From positions 2,396-66,395 of the forward strand of contig CAYLRY010000011.1 of the NCBI GenBank assembly GCA_964386535.1: 64,000 bases of DNA, given 5' to 3'. The translations under genes were made by a program, and so were the position numbers. How positions within the stretch are numbered: position 1 is the first letter of the stretch; each line of letters opens with the position of its first letter. Below, piece after piece: positions 9,071-19,510 of the stretch. This DNA is from an uncultured Dehalococcoidales bacterium. GTDB taxonomy: Bacteria > Chloroflexota > Dehalococcoidia > Dehalococcoidales > UBA3254. The notes under the pieces were generated by a model. It worked only from the letters and a program-made list of their open reading frames with translations. It was not told the origin of the DNA and made no database searches.

Positions 9071-9715
9071 TCAGGTATTTGCCAGAGCCAGCAGCCTGCG
9101 GTAAGCCTCGCCCGGTTGGGGCTGTAAAAACACCGCACTGCCGACACAAATATAATTAACCCCAGTTTTAGCTATCTGGGCGATATTGTTTTCTTTAATA
9201 CCACCATCAATGCCTATTTCAAGTTTAGGCCGGACCTGCCTCAGGTCCCTGATTTTGGTTAATACTTCCGGGATAAATCTGGCGCCGTAAAATCCCGGGT
9301 TGACCGAAAGGAAAAGCACGGAATCCAGCATACCGGTTAGAGGTATTATTTTAGCGATAGGCGTTTCAGGATTGACCGCCATCCCTACCTCCATTCCCAA
9401 TTTCTGAGCCATAGTGATGACCTGTTCGTGGACAGAGGTGGCTTCGTAGTGAAAAATAGCCCTCGTGGCCCCTGCATTCAGGAAATTTTCCAGTTGTCTT
9501 TCCGGTTTTACCACCATCAGGTGGACTTCCCACTTGATTTTGGTTTTAACCGCCCTTACCTCTTCCGCATTGACGCTGCGTGAAGGTACAAATTTCCCAT
9601 CCATAATATCTATTTGAACGTAGTCCGTAAAGGTCTGAGCCTGGCGAAGCATTTTCTCCAGAGCCTTGGGATCTTCAGTCAGGACCGCGGGGACTACCCG
9701 TATAAGATTGGCCAT
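9071..9715 (-). CDS. rpe: ribulose-phosphate 3-epimerase family protein (divergent)
   Basis: 214 aa with Rpe-like blocks DIMDGKFVP, HLMV, VNPGFYG and IDGGI. Confidence 0.7.
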   Translation of the reverse strand: MANLIRVVPAVLTEDPKALEKMLRQAQTFTDYVQIDIMDGKFVPSRSVNAEEVRAVKTKIKWEVHLMVVKPERQLENFLNAGATRAIFHYEATSVHEQVITMAQKLGMEVGMAVNPETPIAKIIPLTGMLDSVLFLSVNPGFYGARFIPEVLTKIRDLRQVRPKLEIGIDGGIKENNIAQIAKTGVNYICVGSAVFLQPQPGEAYRRLLALANT

Positions 9716-9959
9716 TTAACCTCCTACCACCGGTTGGCTGCCACTCTACCAGCCCTTCTCCTGCTGTTGTGGTAATTAATTGGGGGAGAAAAGCTGTTAG
9801 ACTTTAGAGCAGCTAACCTGAAACTCATCTTAATATATAATTTAATAACCCGCATTGCAACTTAGAAAAAAATAGTCTGAAATACAGGCTAACTTATTTA
9901 CTCGTTTTTGTATGTTTACACATCAATGATTTAACACTATTCGATATTTACCAGGCAAT

Positions 9960-11102
9960 CTATGGTTGCTTTTCAGCCAGCAGAGACCTGACCCATTCGC
10001 GTTTGGTCCACAGGGCGCAGCTACCCGCGGTTTCTGGAGTATGGTCTTTGGCCTCACGGATGGCTTTCAGCAGCGGCGACTTCAAGGCTTCCTTCAACGG
10101 TTTATCTTTTAAACTGGTATCGGAATACGGGGCGAAGGGGCAGGGTTCCAGATCCCCCTCTGCGCTGACGTGCACAAAACCCCGGCCCGCAGACAGACAG
10201 CCGCCGAAATCCTTTTCATCATCCGGTACAGAAACAAACAAGGCTGAATATTTAGAGCGGAAGGCGGCCATCTTATTAGAGAGGTCTTTTCTCTGTCCAT
10301 CCGAAATCACCCAGTCCTGAGAAATTTCATTAACCGGTGTGTATTCCGCAAAGAGCAGGAAGCGGCAACCAAGTTCATTCAGGTTGGCCACGAACTGATC
10401 AGCGGTAACCACTGGAAAATTGCTTCGCGTAACTGTTATGGAAACGCCAAAAAAGATATCCTGCTTTTTAAGCTTGTTCACAATAACCTGTAGACGCTCA
10501 TAAACCCCATTACCCCGCCGGTTATCGGTGTCTCTGTCATAACCTTCAATGCTGATAAGAGGCACCAGATTTTTCTGGGCTTTAATACGCTCAATCATTT
10601 CATCCGTAATTAACAGGCCATTGGTAAACATCAGGAAAATCACATCTGGAAAATCCCGGGTAATATCCAGAATATCCCCACGTACCAGCGGCTCGCCGCC
10701 GGCCAGCACTATAAAGGAAACTCCAAGGTCCTGACCTTCGCTGATAATGCTGCGTAACTTTGCCTCGCTCATTTCCGCTCTTGAGATATCACGCAAAGCC
10801 TGATGGTAACATCCTTTGCAATGAAGGTTACAGCGGTTGGTGATGCTAAGGATCATAATCGGAGGCACATGCAGACCTTCTTTTTCCCATATATTTCTGA
10901 TGCGGGCCGCCTTTTGCTGGTTCCTGACTGTCCGGTAAAAGTAGTAAGCCTGGGCAGGGTTTTTCAGACTGACCCTGACGGCATCTTTAAAGAAAACTCT
11001 TAATCCTTTGTTTAGAAGTTTAATATACAGGTTGTTTTTGGGAGGTGTTGAGATGATCTTATCCGTCTCTTCGTTCATTTCAATAGTGCACAGGTCTGAC
11101 AT
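9960..11102 (-). CDS. radical SAM protein with a C-terminal Cys-rich auxiliary region
   Basis: CNLHCKGC (CX3CX2C) follows SITNR. GGEPL motif present. C-terminal GGCLSAG...EPCPF. Confidence 0.85.
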   Translation of the reverse strand: MSDLCTIEMNEETDKIISTPPKNNLYIKLLNKGLRVFFKDAVRVSLKNPAQAYYFYRTVRNQQKAARIRNIWEKEGLHVPPIMILSITNRCNLHCKGCYHQALRDISRAEMSEAKLRSIISEGQDLGVSFIVLAGGEPLVRGDILDITRDFPDVIFLMFTNGLLITDEMIERIKAQKNLVPLISIEGYDRDTDNRRGNGVYERLQVIVNKLKKQDIFFGVSITVTRSNFPVVTADQFVANLNELGCRFLLFAEYTPVNEISQDWVISDGQRKDLSNKMAAFRSKYSALFVSVPDDEKDFGGCLSAGRGFVHVSAEGDLEPCPFAPYSDTSLKDKPLKEALKSPLLKAIREAKDHTPETAGSCALWTKREWVRSLLAEKQP

Positions 11103-11221
11103 CTTATTTCTCCTTGGCAGGACTATTTGTGTAATTCCAGGTTGCTACTTAGAGTTTACTTCCTAGAATGTTATGCATACACCCTGCCAGAGGATAGATC
11201 AAAATAGTCGCTGGTGGAGTT

Positions 11222-11249
11222 TTTAAACTGGTCTTTTGACCAGTTTAAA
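11222..11249 (-). other. perfect 12-bp hairpin 20 nt downstream of the UPF0210 gene
   Basis: TTTAAACTGGTC-TTTT-GACCAGTTTAAA. There is no U-tract on the minus strand, so terminator function is uncertain. Confidence 0.35.
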
Positions 11250-11268
11250 TGAATGCTTTTGTTTGATA

Positions 11269-12636
11269 TCAATTCCTGAAGCTATGCAGAGGAGCGGGGA
11301 TACGGCCGCCTCGCTGGATAAAATCCCGGCTGGAAAACCGGTTGACAGGCAGGATGGTAGCTCTGCCCAGAAGCCCACCGAACTCTACCTCCTCACCGGC
11401 TTTTTTACCGCAGACCGGGATGACTCGAACTGAGGTGGTTTTGTTGTTGACCATACCGATGGCTGCTTCATCAGCAATAATGGCGGAAATTGTTTCTTCA
11501 GGGGTATTGCCCGGGATTGCGATCATGTCCAGTCCTACCGAACAAACGGAGGTCATGGCCTCCAGTTTATCAAAAGAGATAGATCCTTTATTTACGGCCT
11601 CGATCATACCTGCATCTTCACTGACTGGAATAAAAGCGCCGGAAAGGCCGCCGGCATGGCTGCACGCCATCAGACCTCCTTTTTTGATTGAATCAGTCAA
11701 CAGGGCTAAAGCAGCCGTGGTCCCATGCGTGCCGCAGGACTCCAGTCCCATATCCTCCAGAATGTTGGCAATGCTGTCTCCCATCCTCGGGGTAGGCGCC
11801 AGAGACAGATCGACGATACCGAAAGGTACATTCAGGCGCCGGGCTGCCTCCTGGGCCACCAGTTGACCGGCGCGCGTGATTTTAAAGGACATCCTTTTTA
11901 TAGTCTCCGCCAGTTCATCAAAGGACTGACCGCGGGCTCTTCCCACCGCTGACCGGATCACCCCAGGGCCGCTGATGCCCACGTTGATGTTACATTCCCC
12001 TTCCCCAATCCCGGTAAAAGCCCCAGCCATAAACGGGTTGTCCTCTACCGCATTGGTAAAGACCGTCATCTTGGCGCAGCCGACGCTGTTTTGATTTGCG
12101 GTCAAACGCGCGGTCTCCTTGATGAGGTGGCCCATTTCCCTGATTACGTCCATGTTGAGCCCGGCTTTGGTGGTACCCACATTGACTGAAGCGCAGACCA
12201 CATCCGTCCCGGACAGGGCTTCAGGAATGGAGTTGAGCAGCGTGCGGTCACCTTTGGAGCAGCCTTTATGTACCAGGGCGGAGAAGCCGCCGATGAAATC
12301 CACGCCTACCTCTTTGGCGCTGCGGTCCAGTGTTCTGGCAAACTCCAGGTAGCTGGTCTCGTCTGTGGCTCCGGCGATGAAACAGACAGGGGTGACGGCA
12401 ATCCGCTTATTAACAATACGGATGCCATATTCCTCTTCGATTTCCTGCCCCACTTTAACCAGGTTACCAGCATAGGCGGTTATCTTGCGGTGTATTTTTT
12501 CCCGGGCTTTTTGACCGTCTGAGTCCGCACAATTAAAAAGGCTGATGCTCATGGTAATGGTACGGATATCCAGGTTTTCGTCCTGGATCATCCGGATGGT
12601 CTCCAGGATGTTTTCCCGGTTGATCAACGGCGTCAT
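11269..12636 (-). CDS. UPF0210/DUF711 family protein
   Basis: 455-aa ORF whose N-terminus ([24 protein letters not shown]) is typical of UPF0210. It is paired with a small upstream ACT protein, as in Firmicutes. Confidence 0.8.
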   Translation of the reverse strand: MTPLINRENILETIRMIQDENLDIRTITMSISLFNCADSDGQKAREKIHRKITAYAGNLVKVGQEIEEEYGIRIVNKRIAVTPVCFIAGATDETSYLEFARTLDRSAKEVGVDFIGGFSALVHKGCSKGDRTLLNSIPEALSGTDVVCASVNVGTTKAGLNMDVIREMGHLIKETARLTANQNSVGCAKMTVFTNAVEDNPFMAGAFTGIGEGECNINVGISGPGVIRSAVGRARGQSFDELAETIKRMSFKITRAGQLVAQEAARRLNVPFGIVDLSLAPTPRMGDSIANILEDMGLESCGTHGTTAALALLTDSIKKGGLMACSHAGGLSGAFIPVSEDAGMIEAVNKGSISFDKLEAMTSVCSVGLDMIAIPGNTPEETISAIIADEAAIGMVNNKTTSVRVIPVCGKKAGEEVEFGGLLGRATILPVNRFSSRDFIQRGGRIPAPLHSFRN

Positions 12637-12833
12637 TTTGGTTTACTCCATGTTTCCGCTTAATACTTTATAATAATTCCTGGCTTAGCTATAAAAGGCA
12701 GCGGTTATGTTGTTTGAGCTTAGAGCAGCATCTTACGCAGGAGTGGATTTTGAAAATTACACCTTTTTACACTCCAGTCATAACCGATAACACTCAATTG
12801 AAAACAGATAGCTTTTACCTTCCACCCTTTTTT

Positions 12834-13103
12834 CTACACCTGATGCATGGCATTAAAAATATCTTCCCGCTGGATCACGATCTGCATACCCAGCTCTTTT
12901 CCCTTAATCTCCAGTTTTTCTTTTATCTCATGAAAAGCGCCTTTAGCATCGGTCATATCCACAATCATGATCATGGCGAAATACTCCTGGAGCAGGGTCT
13001 GGCTGATATCCAGGATGTTGATACCGGCTGATGCCAGCTCATTACTGACGCCGGCGATAATACCCTTGCGGTCTTTCCCGATCACTGTAATTACAGCGCG
13101 CAT
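12834..13103 (-). CDS. ACT domain protein (UPF0237 family)
   Basis: Track ORF 12834..13118. I prefer the ATG at 13103 after GAGGA. MRAVITVIGKDRKGIIAGVS is an ACT-type N-terminus. Confidence 0.75.
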   Translation of the reverse strand: MRAVITVIGKDRKGIIAGVSNELASAGINILDISQTLLQEYFAMIMIVDMTDAKGAFHEIKEKLEIKGKELGMQIVIQREDIFNAMHQV

Positions 13104-13423
13104 TAACAATCCTCGCAAAAAAGAATTTACTTTGACTTAAATGTAACCAACACCCGGAACAAAGTCAATTACAGGAGTATCGGTCCCACAGTTCAATTTG
13201 TTAAGATGGTGGTTTTTAATTACATAATTCATGTTTACGAAACTTGGAAATCTGTCCCGAGCAACCCAGACTTACCTTTTTCCGGCCGGATCCGGTCAGT
13301 CAGGAAATCTGCGTTTCACTGTTAAAAATGGCTGGATGAGTCTGAGTATTGACGGTGGATGGTCACAGAGACCTCACGCTTAATTGATGCTATTTGATGG
13401 TGGATTTTAAACCGCAAGTCTGA

Positions 13424-13452
13424 TTGACATACGTACACGACTGGTCTATACT
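13424..13452 (+). promoter_or_regulatory. sigma70-like promoter for the URO-D-like gene
   Basis: TTGACA (13424-13429), 17-nt spacer, TATACT (13447-13452). Confidence 0.5.
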
Positions 13453-13518
13453 CTTACAAATTATAATATTTTCCCTTTAATTCACCATTTACTGCAAATA
13501 AGAGAGGAGGGTTACGGC

Positions 13519-14832
13519 TTGAAGACTATTAAAACAGCCAAAAACCGCGGAAAAGACATAGAAACGCTAAGAGCTGAGATTGAGAAGAAAAGCGGCAGGA
13601 CGCCGGAACAGCTCTATGAAGAAAGAGAAAAAAGGGTCAGGGAGGCTATTGAGCTAAAAGAGCCGGATAGAATACCCATCCTGGTCAATCCGGACCCCAG
13701 CCGGTATGCCGGTCTTCCTCGTTCCGCAGCATACTACAACCCGGTAGCCTGGAAACTGGCTATCCGGCAAATCACGCTGGATTTTGAGCCTGATCTGGCC
13801 AATGCCGGTTTTGCCAGCGCCGGCCCCGCCTGGGATGCTCTGGAAGTCAAGAACCGTTTGTGGCCGGGGGGTCCGCTGCCTCCTGACTATGAATACCAGT
13901 TCATCGAAGGGGAGTACATGAAAGAGGATGAGTATGATCTGTTGATCAATGATCCTACTGATTTTATGCTGCGCTGCTATCTACCGAGGGTTTACGGCGC
14001 CCTGGCCCCTTTAGCTAAAATGCCCTCCATATCTTATATGTATATGGGATTTGAAGGCATAACTACCCTTTTCACCCGACCGGAATTCAAGCAAATGGCC
14101 AGGGCACTGACCAAAGCCGGCCGGGAGATGGAGAAATTTCGCCAGCTTACAGGGGATGCCCAGGAAGAATTAGCTCTGCTGGGATTCCCACCTTTTTCTT
14201 TTTCCGGGTCGGTCGGCGTAGGTTTTGCACCCTTCGACACTATTTCCAGCTCTTTAAGAGGCATGAAAGGCTCTATGCTGGATATGTACCGCCAGCCGGA
14301 AAAACTGATCCAGGCCTGCGATATTATACTTCAAAGGCGAATTGCACGGGCGGTCCCGGCTGATCCAAAAAAAAGGGGCAATCCCAAGAGGGTGGGTATG
14401 CCTCTCTGGAGGGGAGACCTGGCCTTTATGTCCGATGCACAGTTCCAGAGGTTCTACTGGCCTGGGCTCAAGAAGGCCATGCAGACCCTGATAGATCTGG
14501 GCTACATCCCCATGCCTTTCTTCGAAGCCAGGTTTGGCAAACGCCTGGAATGTCTTCTCGAATTACCCAGGGGCAAGGTGATCGCTTCCGTGGACCACAC
14601 GGATGCAGTGCTGGCGAAAGAAATCCTGGGCGGACACTGCTGCGTTTCCACCGGAGGGCCGTCATCATTGAAGCTACATTCCTTGAAGGAAGTGGAAGAA
14701 TATTATAAAAAGCTGATGGATGCTTGCAAAAAAGGCGGCGGATTGATGCTCAACATCCGGCTGCCGGACAGGGCCGGGAAAGAGGATGTCCAGGCTATGC
14801 TGAATTCTTTAAGAGAGTATGCCAGGTACTAA
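13519..14832 (+). CDS. uroporphyrinogen decarboxylase (URO-D)/MtaA-like family protein
   Basis: 437-aa ORF with a TTG start after GAGAGGAGGG. The overall sequence resembles URO-D-like methyltransferase or decarboxylase paralogs. This is recognition only. Confidence 0.6.
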   Translation: MKTIKTAKNRGKDIETLRAEIEKKSGRTPEQLYEEREKRVREAIELKEPDRIPILVNPDPSRYAGLPRSAAYYNPVAWKLAIRQITLDFEPDLANAGFASAGPAWDALEVKNRLWPGGPLPPDYEYQFIEGEYMKEDEYDLLINDPTDFMLRCYLPRVYGALAPLAKMPSISYMYMGFEGITTLFTRPEFKQMARALTKAGREMEKFRQLTGDAQEELALLGFPPFSFSGSVGVGFAPFDTISSSLRGMKGSMLDMYRQPEKLIQACDIILQRRIARAVPADPKKRGNPKRVGMPLWRGDLAFMSDAQFQRFYWPGLKKAMQTLIDLGYIPMPFFEARFGKRLECLLELPRGKVIASVDHTDAVLAKEILGGHCCVSTGGPSSLKLHSLKEVEEYYKKLMDACKKGGGLMLNIRLPDRAGKEDVQAMLNSLREYARY

Positions 14833-15001
14833 CCAAGTAAGGACCCTCACGTATGGGTTTATAGGCTGTCAGTATTTCGAAAACCACCGGACCTGTGAAC
14901 AGCTCAGACGGTTAATGCCGTTGAACATGTATTTTGTACCAGGGAATCGTAAAATTCGTGAATGACTCCGGATGGATGACTGTTCATCACACGGTAAGCA
15001 A

Positions 15002-15517
15002 TCACAGTTGCCAAATTTTTAGGCAGGGATACATCAGCTTGACCTGCACTCCCCCCTTGACCACCAGACCCTCATAGCCTTTTCGGATCTTATAAAGTCC
15101 AAAACAGTCCTCTCCAAAATGCAGGCAGAGGGACTCTTTCCAGGCGGTCTGATCAAAACAGATTAACCCACAGTCTTTAATATCAAATACCACCACCAGG
15201 TCCAACTCAATTTTACTCCGCCAGCGGCTCAAAGTGGTTTCTATAATATTCTGCAGACAAGTCTCCAGTTCTGGACGGGACAGATCCCGGATATCCACAA
15301 TCAAGCTTAAATCGATATCCGAATCTGGTCTGGCTCCTCCCTTTAATCCCCTTGACCCGTGCAGAATGACACGAGTTATCTTTTCGTCCACCACCAGATT
15401 GGCGGATAAAAGCAGAGAATATGTTTCCGGCAAGAGGGATTTCAATTCAGGTAAAAAACTTGTGACCTGTACCAACCTATTTTTCCTGTAAATGTATCTA
15501 AGAGTCCGGTTTTCCAA
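15002..15517 (-). CDS. nucleotidyltransferase-fold protein (Pol-beta superfamily)
   Basis: HGSRGLKGGARPDSDIDL matches the GS-x(9-10)-D-x-D NTase motif. The only available start is TTG, with no clear SD. Confidence 0.55.
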   Translation of the reverse strand: MENRTLRYIYRKNRLVQVTSFLPELKSLLPETYSLLLSANLVVDEKITRVILHGSRGLKGGARPDSDIDLSLIVDIRDLSRPELETCLQNIIETTLSRWRSKIELDLVVVFDIKDCGLICFDQTAWKESLCLHFGEDCFGLYKIRKGYEGLVVKGGVQVKLMYPCLKIWQL

Positions 15518-15672
15518 ACATATTGCCCGTCCGGCAGTAGATCAATTTCTCTGTCGGGCACCACTCTTACTACTATCGAAATTTTTTAACCTGTGTTTTT
15601 GATTTTCCGAGATTTGATCTTCAAGATCTATTCATTGCTAATATCCGGAAATTGGAGCTATTTTCCAGCCCG

Positions 15673-16107
15673 CTACCGGTTCTGCCTCCTAAATAATAAT
15701 CCCAGCAGTATTACCACCCCGGCAGCTATTAAAACCAGCGGCCACCACTGATCAAATCCATATATAAAAGCCAGGCCTACGAAAATCAGGATAACACCCG
15801 GAATGACTTTACCCGATGCCGCATGTCGGTATTCGATGTTCAGGTAGTGGACGCCGGCGTCGATCAGGAATACCACCCCCAGACCTACCAGAAAATACTT
15901 CCACCAGATTTCCCAGGTGATCCAATCCTGTGTGGCGGCGAACAGCAGGAAGCCCAGTACAATCAGTACCAGGCCAGGGAATAGGCCCCGCAGTGAACTT
16001 CTACCCCTCTTATCAAATCTATCATGGTGCATTTCCTGTTCTGCCTCTTTACCGCTGAGGTATTCTGTTTTAGTCTCTTTTGATTCACTGAACCTGACAT
16101 CCTGCAT
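15673..16107 (-). CDS. hypothetical membrane protein
   Basis: Track ORF 15673..16155. The ATG at 16107 follows TAAGGAGG. Four predicted hydrophobic helices. Confidence 0.5.
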   Translation of the reverse strand: MQDVRFSESKETKTEYLSGKEAEQEMHHDRFDKRGRSSLRGLFPGLVLIVLGFLLFAATQDWITWEIWWKYFLVGLGVVFLIDAGVHYLNIEYRHAASGKVIPGVILIFVGLAFIYGFDQWWPLVLIAAGVVILLGLLFRRQNR

Positions 16108-16236
16108 GTTCAACCTCCTTACCCGGATAATACTATCAATTTCAAATATTACCAATAATTCAATAGCCTGCTGTCAGATGCTGCGTTCCGGTAGGTAAAC
16201 CGGTGTACCGGGACTCAGGAATAACAGATAATAAAA

Positions 16237-17202
16237 TCAATATTTACCCTCTACTACATTGATGATCAAGCGGATAGTCCTGGTCAATGCTGCAATGCCG
16301 AAACCTATGGCAAACAATATCAGTGTTATCGCAGTGCCTACCTGAACTCCCCAGACTGCGTCAGGATTGGGCAGCACGTTGAAATCGAATGGGAATATGG
16401 AGAGTAATGAAATTATTGTTGCCAGTCCGAAAACATCCAGGATGATATGCACACCCTGCCTGAGCAGGTATTTATCAAAAGCGATAAGGAAGGCATGCCC
16501 GATGATGGAAAGGGCCAGCGTGGCATTCAGCAGCGGCAGCCAGGCGTTAATATCAGAGGTTACCAGTGTATGCATGTACCAGTAAGTACCACCGTCCATC
16601 TCAACCGGCTGGTAAAAAGCGATATATTGATTAAAGAAATTGAAAAAGATGATCAGAACAATGCTCCAGGCAATGGCCAGGGAAGAGCCGGCTATCCTGC
16701 CCGCTCTGCCTCCGTAAGTATAATATCTGGCTCTGAAAGCCTCACGTTTGGCCGTGTTTATGACAGCCGGAGGAGCAGGAAGTGCTGAGGCCGCGGGTTG
16801 CTCTGCGGTGGAGCTGTATTTTTCATCATGGGAGCTCTGGGCAGAAGCCCCCAATGAATCTGCAGTCAACTTTTCCGCCAGGTTGCCGGCCCAGGGCATC
16901 TTAAACATTTCACCGGCGTTGGCTTTAATCATCAGGATGATCCACAGGATAAAGCCGAGGGCAGTCAGCAGCCCGGAGAAAGCCGGACCGGCAAATGGGA
17001 TATTCCCCAAAATAATCCCGGCTGCCGTCAAAGCGCCGAAGATGATGATGGATTGCAAAGCATGGAAACGGATATATCGGTTTTTTTGCTCCAGTACCAG
17101 AAATACAATACCGCTTACCCATCCAGCTACATAGCATAGAAGGCCGGCTAAATTAGGCGAAAGGTCTTTTAAAGTGCGGTCCTGTTCAGTTCTCATCTCC
17201 AT
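16237..17202 (-). CDS. hypothetical polytopic membrane protein (N-terminal DUF4870-like segment)
   Basis: LAGLLCYVAGWVSGIVFLVLEQKNRYIRFHALQS resembles DUF4870. The ATG follows AAGGAGA. Confidence 0.5.
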   Translation of the reverse strand: MEMRTEQDRTLKDLSPNLAGLLCYVAGWVSGIVFLVLEQKNRYIRFHALQSIIIFGALTAAGIILGNIPFAGPAFSGLLTALGFILWIILMIKANAGEMFKMPWAGNLAEKLTADSLGASAQSSHDEKYSSTAEQPAASALPAPPAVINTAKREAFRARYYTYGGRAGRIAGSSLAIAWSIVLIIFFNFFNQYIAFYQPVEMDGGTYWYMHTLVTSDINAWLPLLNATLALSIIGHAFLIAFDKYLLRQGVHIILDVFGLATIISLLSIFPFDFNVLPNPDAVWGVQVGTAITLILFAIGFGIAALTRTIRLIINVVEGKY

Positions 17203-17245
17203 CAAATATCTCCTTGGAAATTCAAATTTTTTACACCTTTTTAAA

Positions 17246-18022
17246 TTACTGTTTGTTGGTTAAGGTTGAAGCGCCATTGACATTTACTTTGCCCAGGACA
17301 GGGTTCCCGTAATATTGCAATGTTGAAGCTCCCGTGACATCTACATTAAGAGTTCCGCCGGTGTTTATCACTGCTTTACTGGCCCCGCTGACTTCAGCGT
17401 CAGCGTTTTGCAGCACCAGATTCCCGGTTATGGACTGGCTGGCTCCTGAGACGCTGAACCGGGTATTACCGGCTGAGCCGGATAACTCGCAGCGGCTGGC
17501 GCCTGATACCACGATCTCTGTGTCCAGAGCTTTGAGCTGCCCGCTGATCTTGCTGGCGCCGGAAACCTCTATACGGGTTTTACCGCTCTCCATCTCCATT
17601 TCAACACGGCTGGCGCCGGATGCCTCCAGATCGAAGTCATCAATAGATTGGAATCCTTTAAGTGTCCCCTGGGAAGCACCGGATACATTCAGGGCCTCCA
17701 GGGCAGGCATGGTTATGACGGCTTTTGTCTCAGCATTGGAGTAGCTGGCCGGCTTGAGCTTTATAACCAGGGTTTTCCCGGATTGAGAAAGATCCAGACG
17801 GGAGATCAAATTATCATCTGTAGAAACCATCACGCTGTAGGTCTCAGCTCTGGTGATTTCAAAATGAAAGGCGCTTGACACCTCAATCCTGGAAAAATCT
17901 TTAAAGCTATATTCTTTGGTCACAATATTTCCGGATCCTTTGATAAAACCAAAACCATTACATCCTGCCAGAAATAAAACAGCCGCCAGGCTAAAAGCTA
18001 AAATTAAAAATAATTTTTTCAT
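17246..18022 (-). CDS. lipoprotein with repeated GIN/DUF2807-type beta-strand repeats
   Basis: Signal peptide with lipobox LAGC. Eight repeats of the V(S/T/N)GAS motif. Confidence 0.7.
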   Translation of the reverse strand: MKKLFLILAFSLAAVLFLAGCNGFGFIKGSGNIVTKEYSFKDFSRIEVSSAFHFEITRAETYSVMVSTDDNLISRLDLSQSGKTLVIKLKPASYSNAETKAVITMPALEALNVSGASQGTLKGFQSIDDFDLEASGASRVEMEMESGKTRIEVSGASKISGQLKALDTEIVVSGASRCELSGSAGNTRFSVSGASQSITGNLVLQNADAEVSGASKAVINTGGTLNVDVTGASTLQYYGNPVLGKVNVNGASTLTNKQ

Positions 18023-18179
18023 AAGGGTCTCCTTTTCATCGAGTTCCGGGTTTGTCTCTGATAAAAATATCTACTATAAATTTGAATGATATTCAATACA
18101 TATGAAGTCCGTTTCCCGCTACCATATTCCCACTTATTACAAAGGGCATGCGGGAGAGAACCGGATGGTAACTCTTTCC

Positions 18180-18335
18180 TTAACGCCATCTGCTGAATTC
18201 CTTTTGGTGATCACAATCGATTCTGTCACTGATCTTTCCGCAGTGTAAACAATACTGATAAGGGCGGTGATCAGTAACTATATCCACAAACGCATGTCCC
18301 TGAAAAATGCAATAAACATATCTTAAAATCCACAT
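18180..18335 (-). CDS. candidate small Cys/His-rich protein (51 aa), not in the ORF track
   Basis: Own translation after GAGGAG: MWILRYVYCIFQGHAFVDIVTDHRPYQYCLHCGKISDRIDCDHQKEFSRWR. It contains a CxxC plus further Cys and His residues. Confidence 0.3.
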   Translation of the reverse strand: MWILRYVYCIFQGHAFVDIVTDHRPYQYCLHCGKISDRIDCDHQKEFSRWR

Positions 18336-18564
18336 CCTGTTTCTCCTCTTTTGCAGCATATTTAAAGTGTAATAGAGGTCTTTTGAATATACGCCCTGCT
18401 ACAGGGGAGAATCTATGATGGACTATGGTTGAGTTTTTGGCCTGGTCAAACGGCCAGGTTGGGAAAGAACCAACATAACTTGCGTCCTTCTTGAAATACC
18501 TCTAATATATAACCTGAAACTATTTTAATTAATCTACAATTTGAACGGTTAAGGAGGAGAAGCA

Positions 18565-19206
18565 ATGACAACATCTTCACCTATCCGTGTATTATTAGTT
18601 GACGATCATGCAGTTGTCCGCAGCGGTCTTGGAGCTGTTTTATTGTCTTATGAAGATTTATCCCTGGTAGGTGAAGCTGGCAATGGACAGGAAGCCATTG
18701 ATTTATGTGCCAGACATCAGCCGGACGTAGTCTTGATGGATATTTTAATGCCCGTGATGGATGGAGTTACAGCCACCCGCGCCATTCATGAAAAATGGCC
18801 GGATGTCCGTATCATCGCTCTAACCAGCTATAAAGAAAAAGACATGGTAGAAGGCGCTCTGAAAGCAGGAGCTATGAGTTATCTTATTAAAAACGTCTCC
18901 GCAGATGAACTGGTAGGGGCCATCCGGGGAGCTATGTCGGGCCAGCCCAGGTTATCACCTGAAGCCGCCCAGGTATTAATCCAGGAGATCAAAAAACCCT
19001 CGGAGCCGGTCTACGATCTAACAGAACGAGAAAAGGAGATACTGAGCTTGATGGTGGAAGGTCTCCCCAATACCTCCATTGCCGATAAACTGGTTGTGAG
19101 CCATTCTACGGTAAAATTTCATGTGAGCAATATACTCTCCAAGCTAGGAGTGACCAGCCGCACGGAGGCTGTGGCTCTGGCGCTTAAACATAACCTGGTC
19201 AAATGA
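18565..19206 (+). CDS. NarL/LuxR-family response regulator
   Basis: Receiver domain (VLLVDDH...DILMP) plus a C-terminal LuxR HTH (LTEREKEILSLMVEGLPNTSIADKLVVSHSTVKFH). Confidence 0.9.
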   Translation: MTTSSPIRVLLVDDHAVVRSGLGAVLLSYEDLSLVGEAGNGQEAIDLCARHQPDVVLMDILMPVMDGVTATRAIHEKWPDVRIIALTSYKEKDMVEGALKAGAMSYLIKNVSADELVGAIRGAMSGQPRLSPEAAQVLIQEIKKPSEPVYDLTEREKEILSLMVEGLPNTSIADKLVVSHSTVKFHVSNILSKLGVTSRTEAVALALKHNLVK

Positions 19207-19242
19207 CCAGTTAAAAAACTGTCCGCATTACTAAAGCTTAAT

Positions 19243-19281
19243 CCCCCCGGAAGCAGGGCGTATCCGGGGGGCCTTTTTTTT
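19243..19281 (+). terminator. rho-independent terminator of the response regulator gene
   Basis: CCCCCCGGA-loop-TCCGGGGGG followed by T8. Confidence 0.75.
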
Positions 19282-19304
19282 ATACTGGAAATCGTAATCA
19301 CCAA

Positions 19305-19339
19305 GAGTGACGAGTTCCCAGGTTCTAGTTTTCAGTTCC
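19305..19339 (+). repeat. short phased heptamer array
   Basis: GAGTGAC GAGTTCC CAGGTTC TAGTTTT CAGTTCC. Confidence 0.5.
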
Positions 19340-19510
19340 CAATGGGAAAAAGAGTTGGGGTTTATACGTATTGGCAACCCATCCGATTAACCGGATGAAG
19401 ATGCGTGTTTTAAGCCGGAGTTTATCTTCTCTATAAAACCTGCCCGAATGAGCTGTTGATATATAAAGTGAAAAGAGTTTTTTTAGAAATTTCGGTTTAA
19501 GGAGGTTAAA

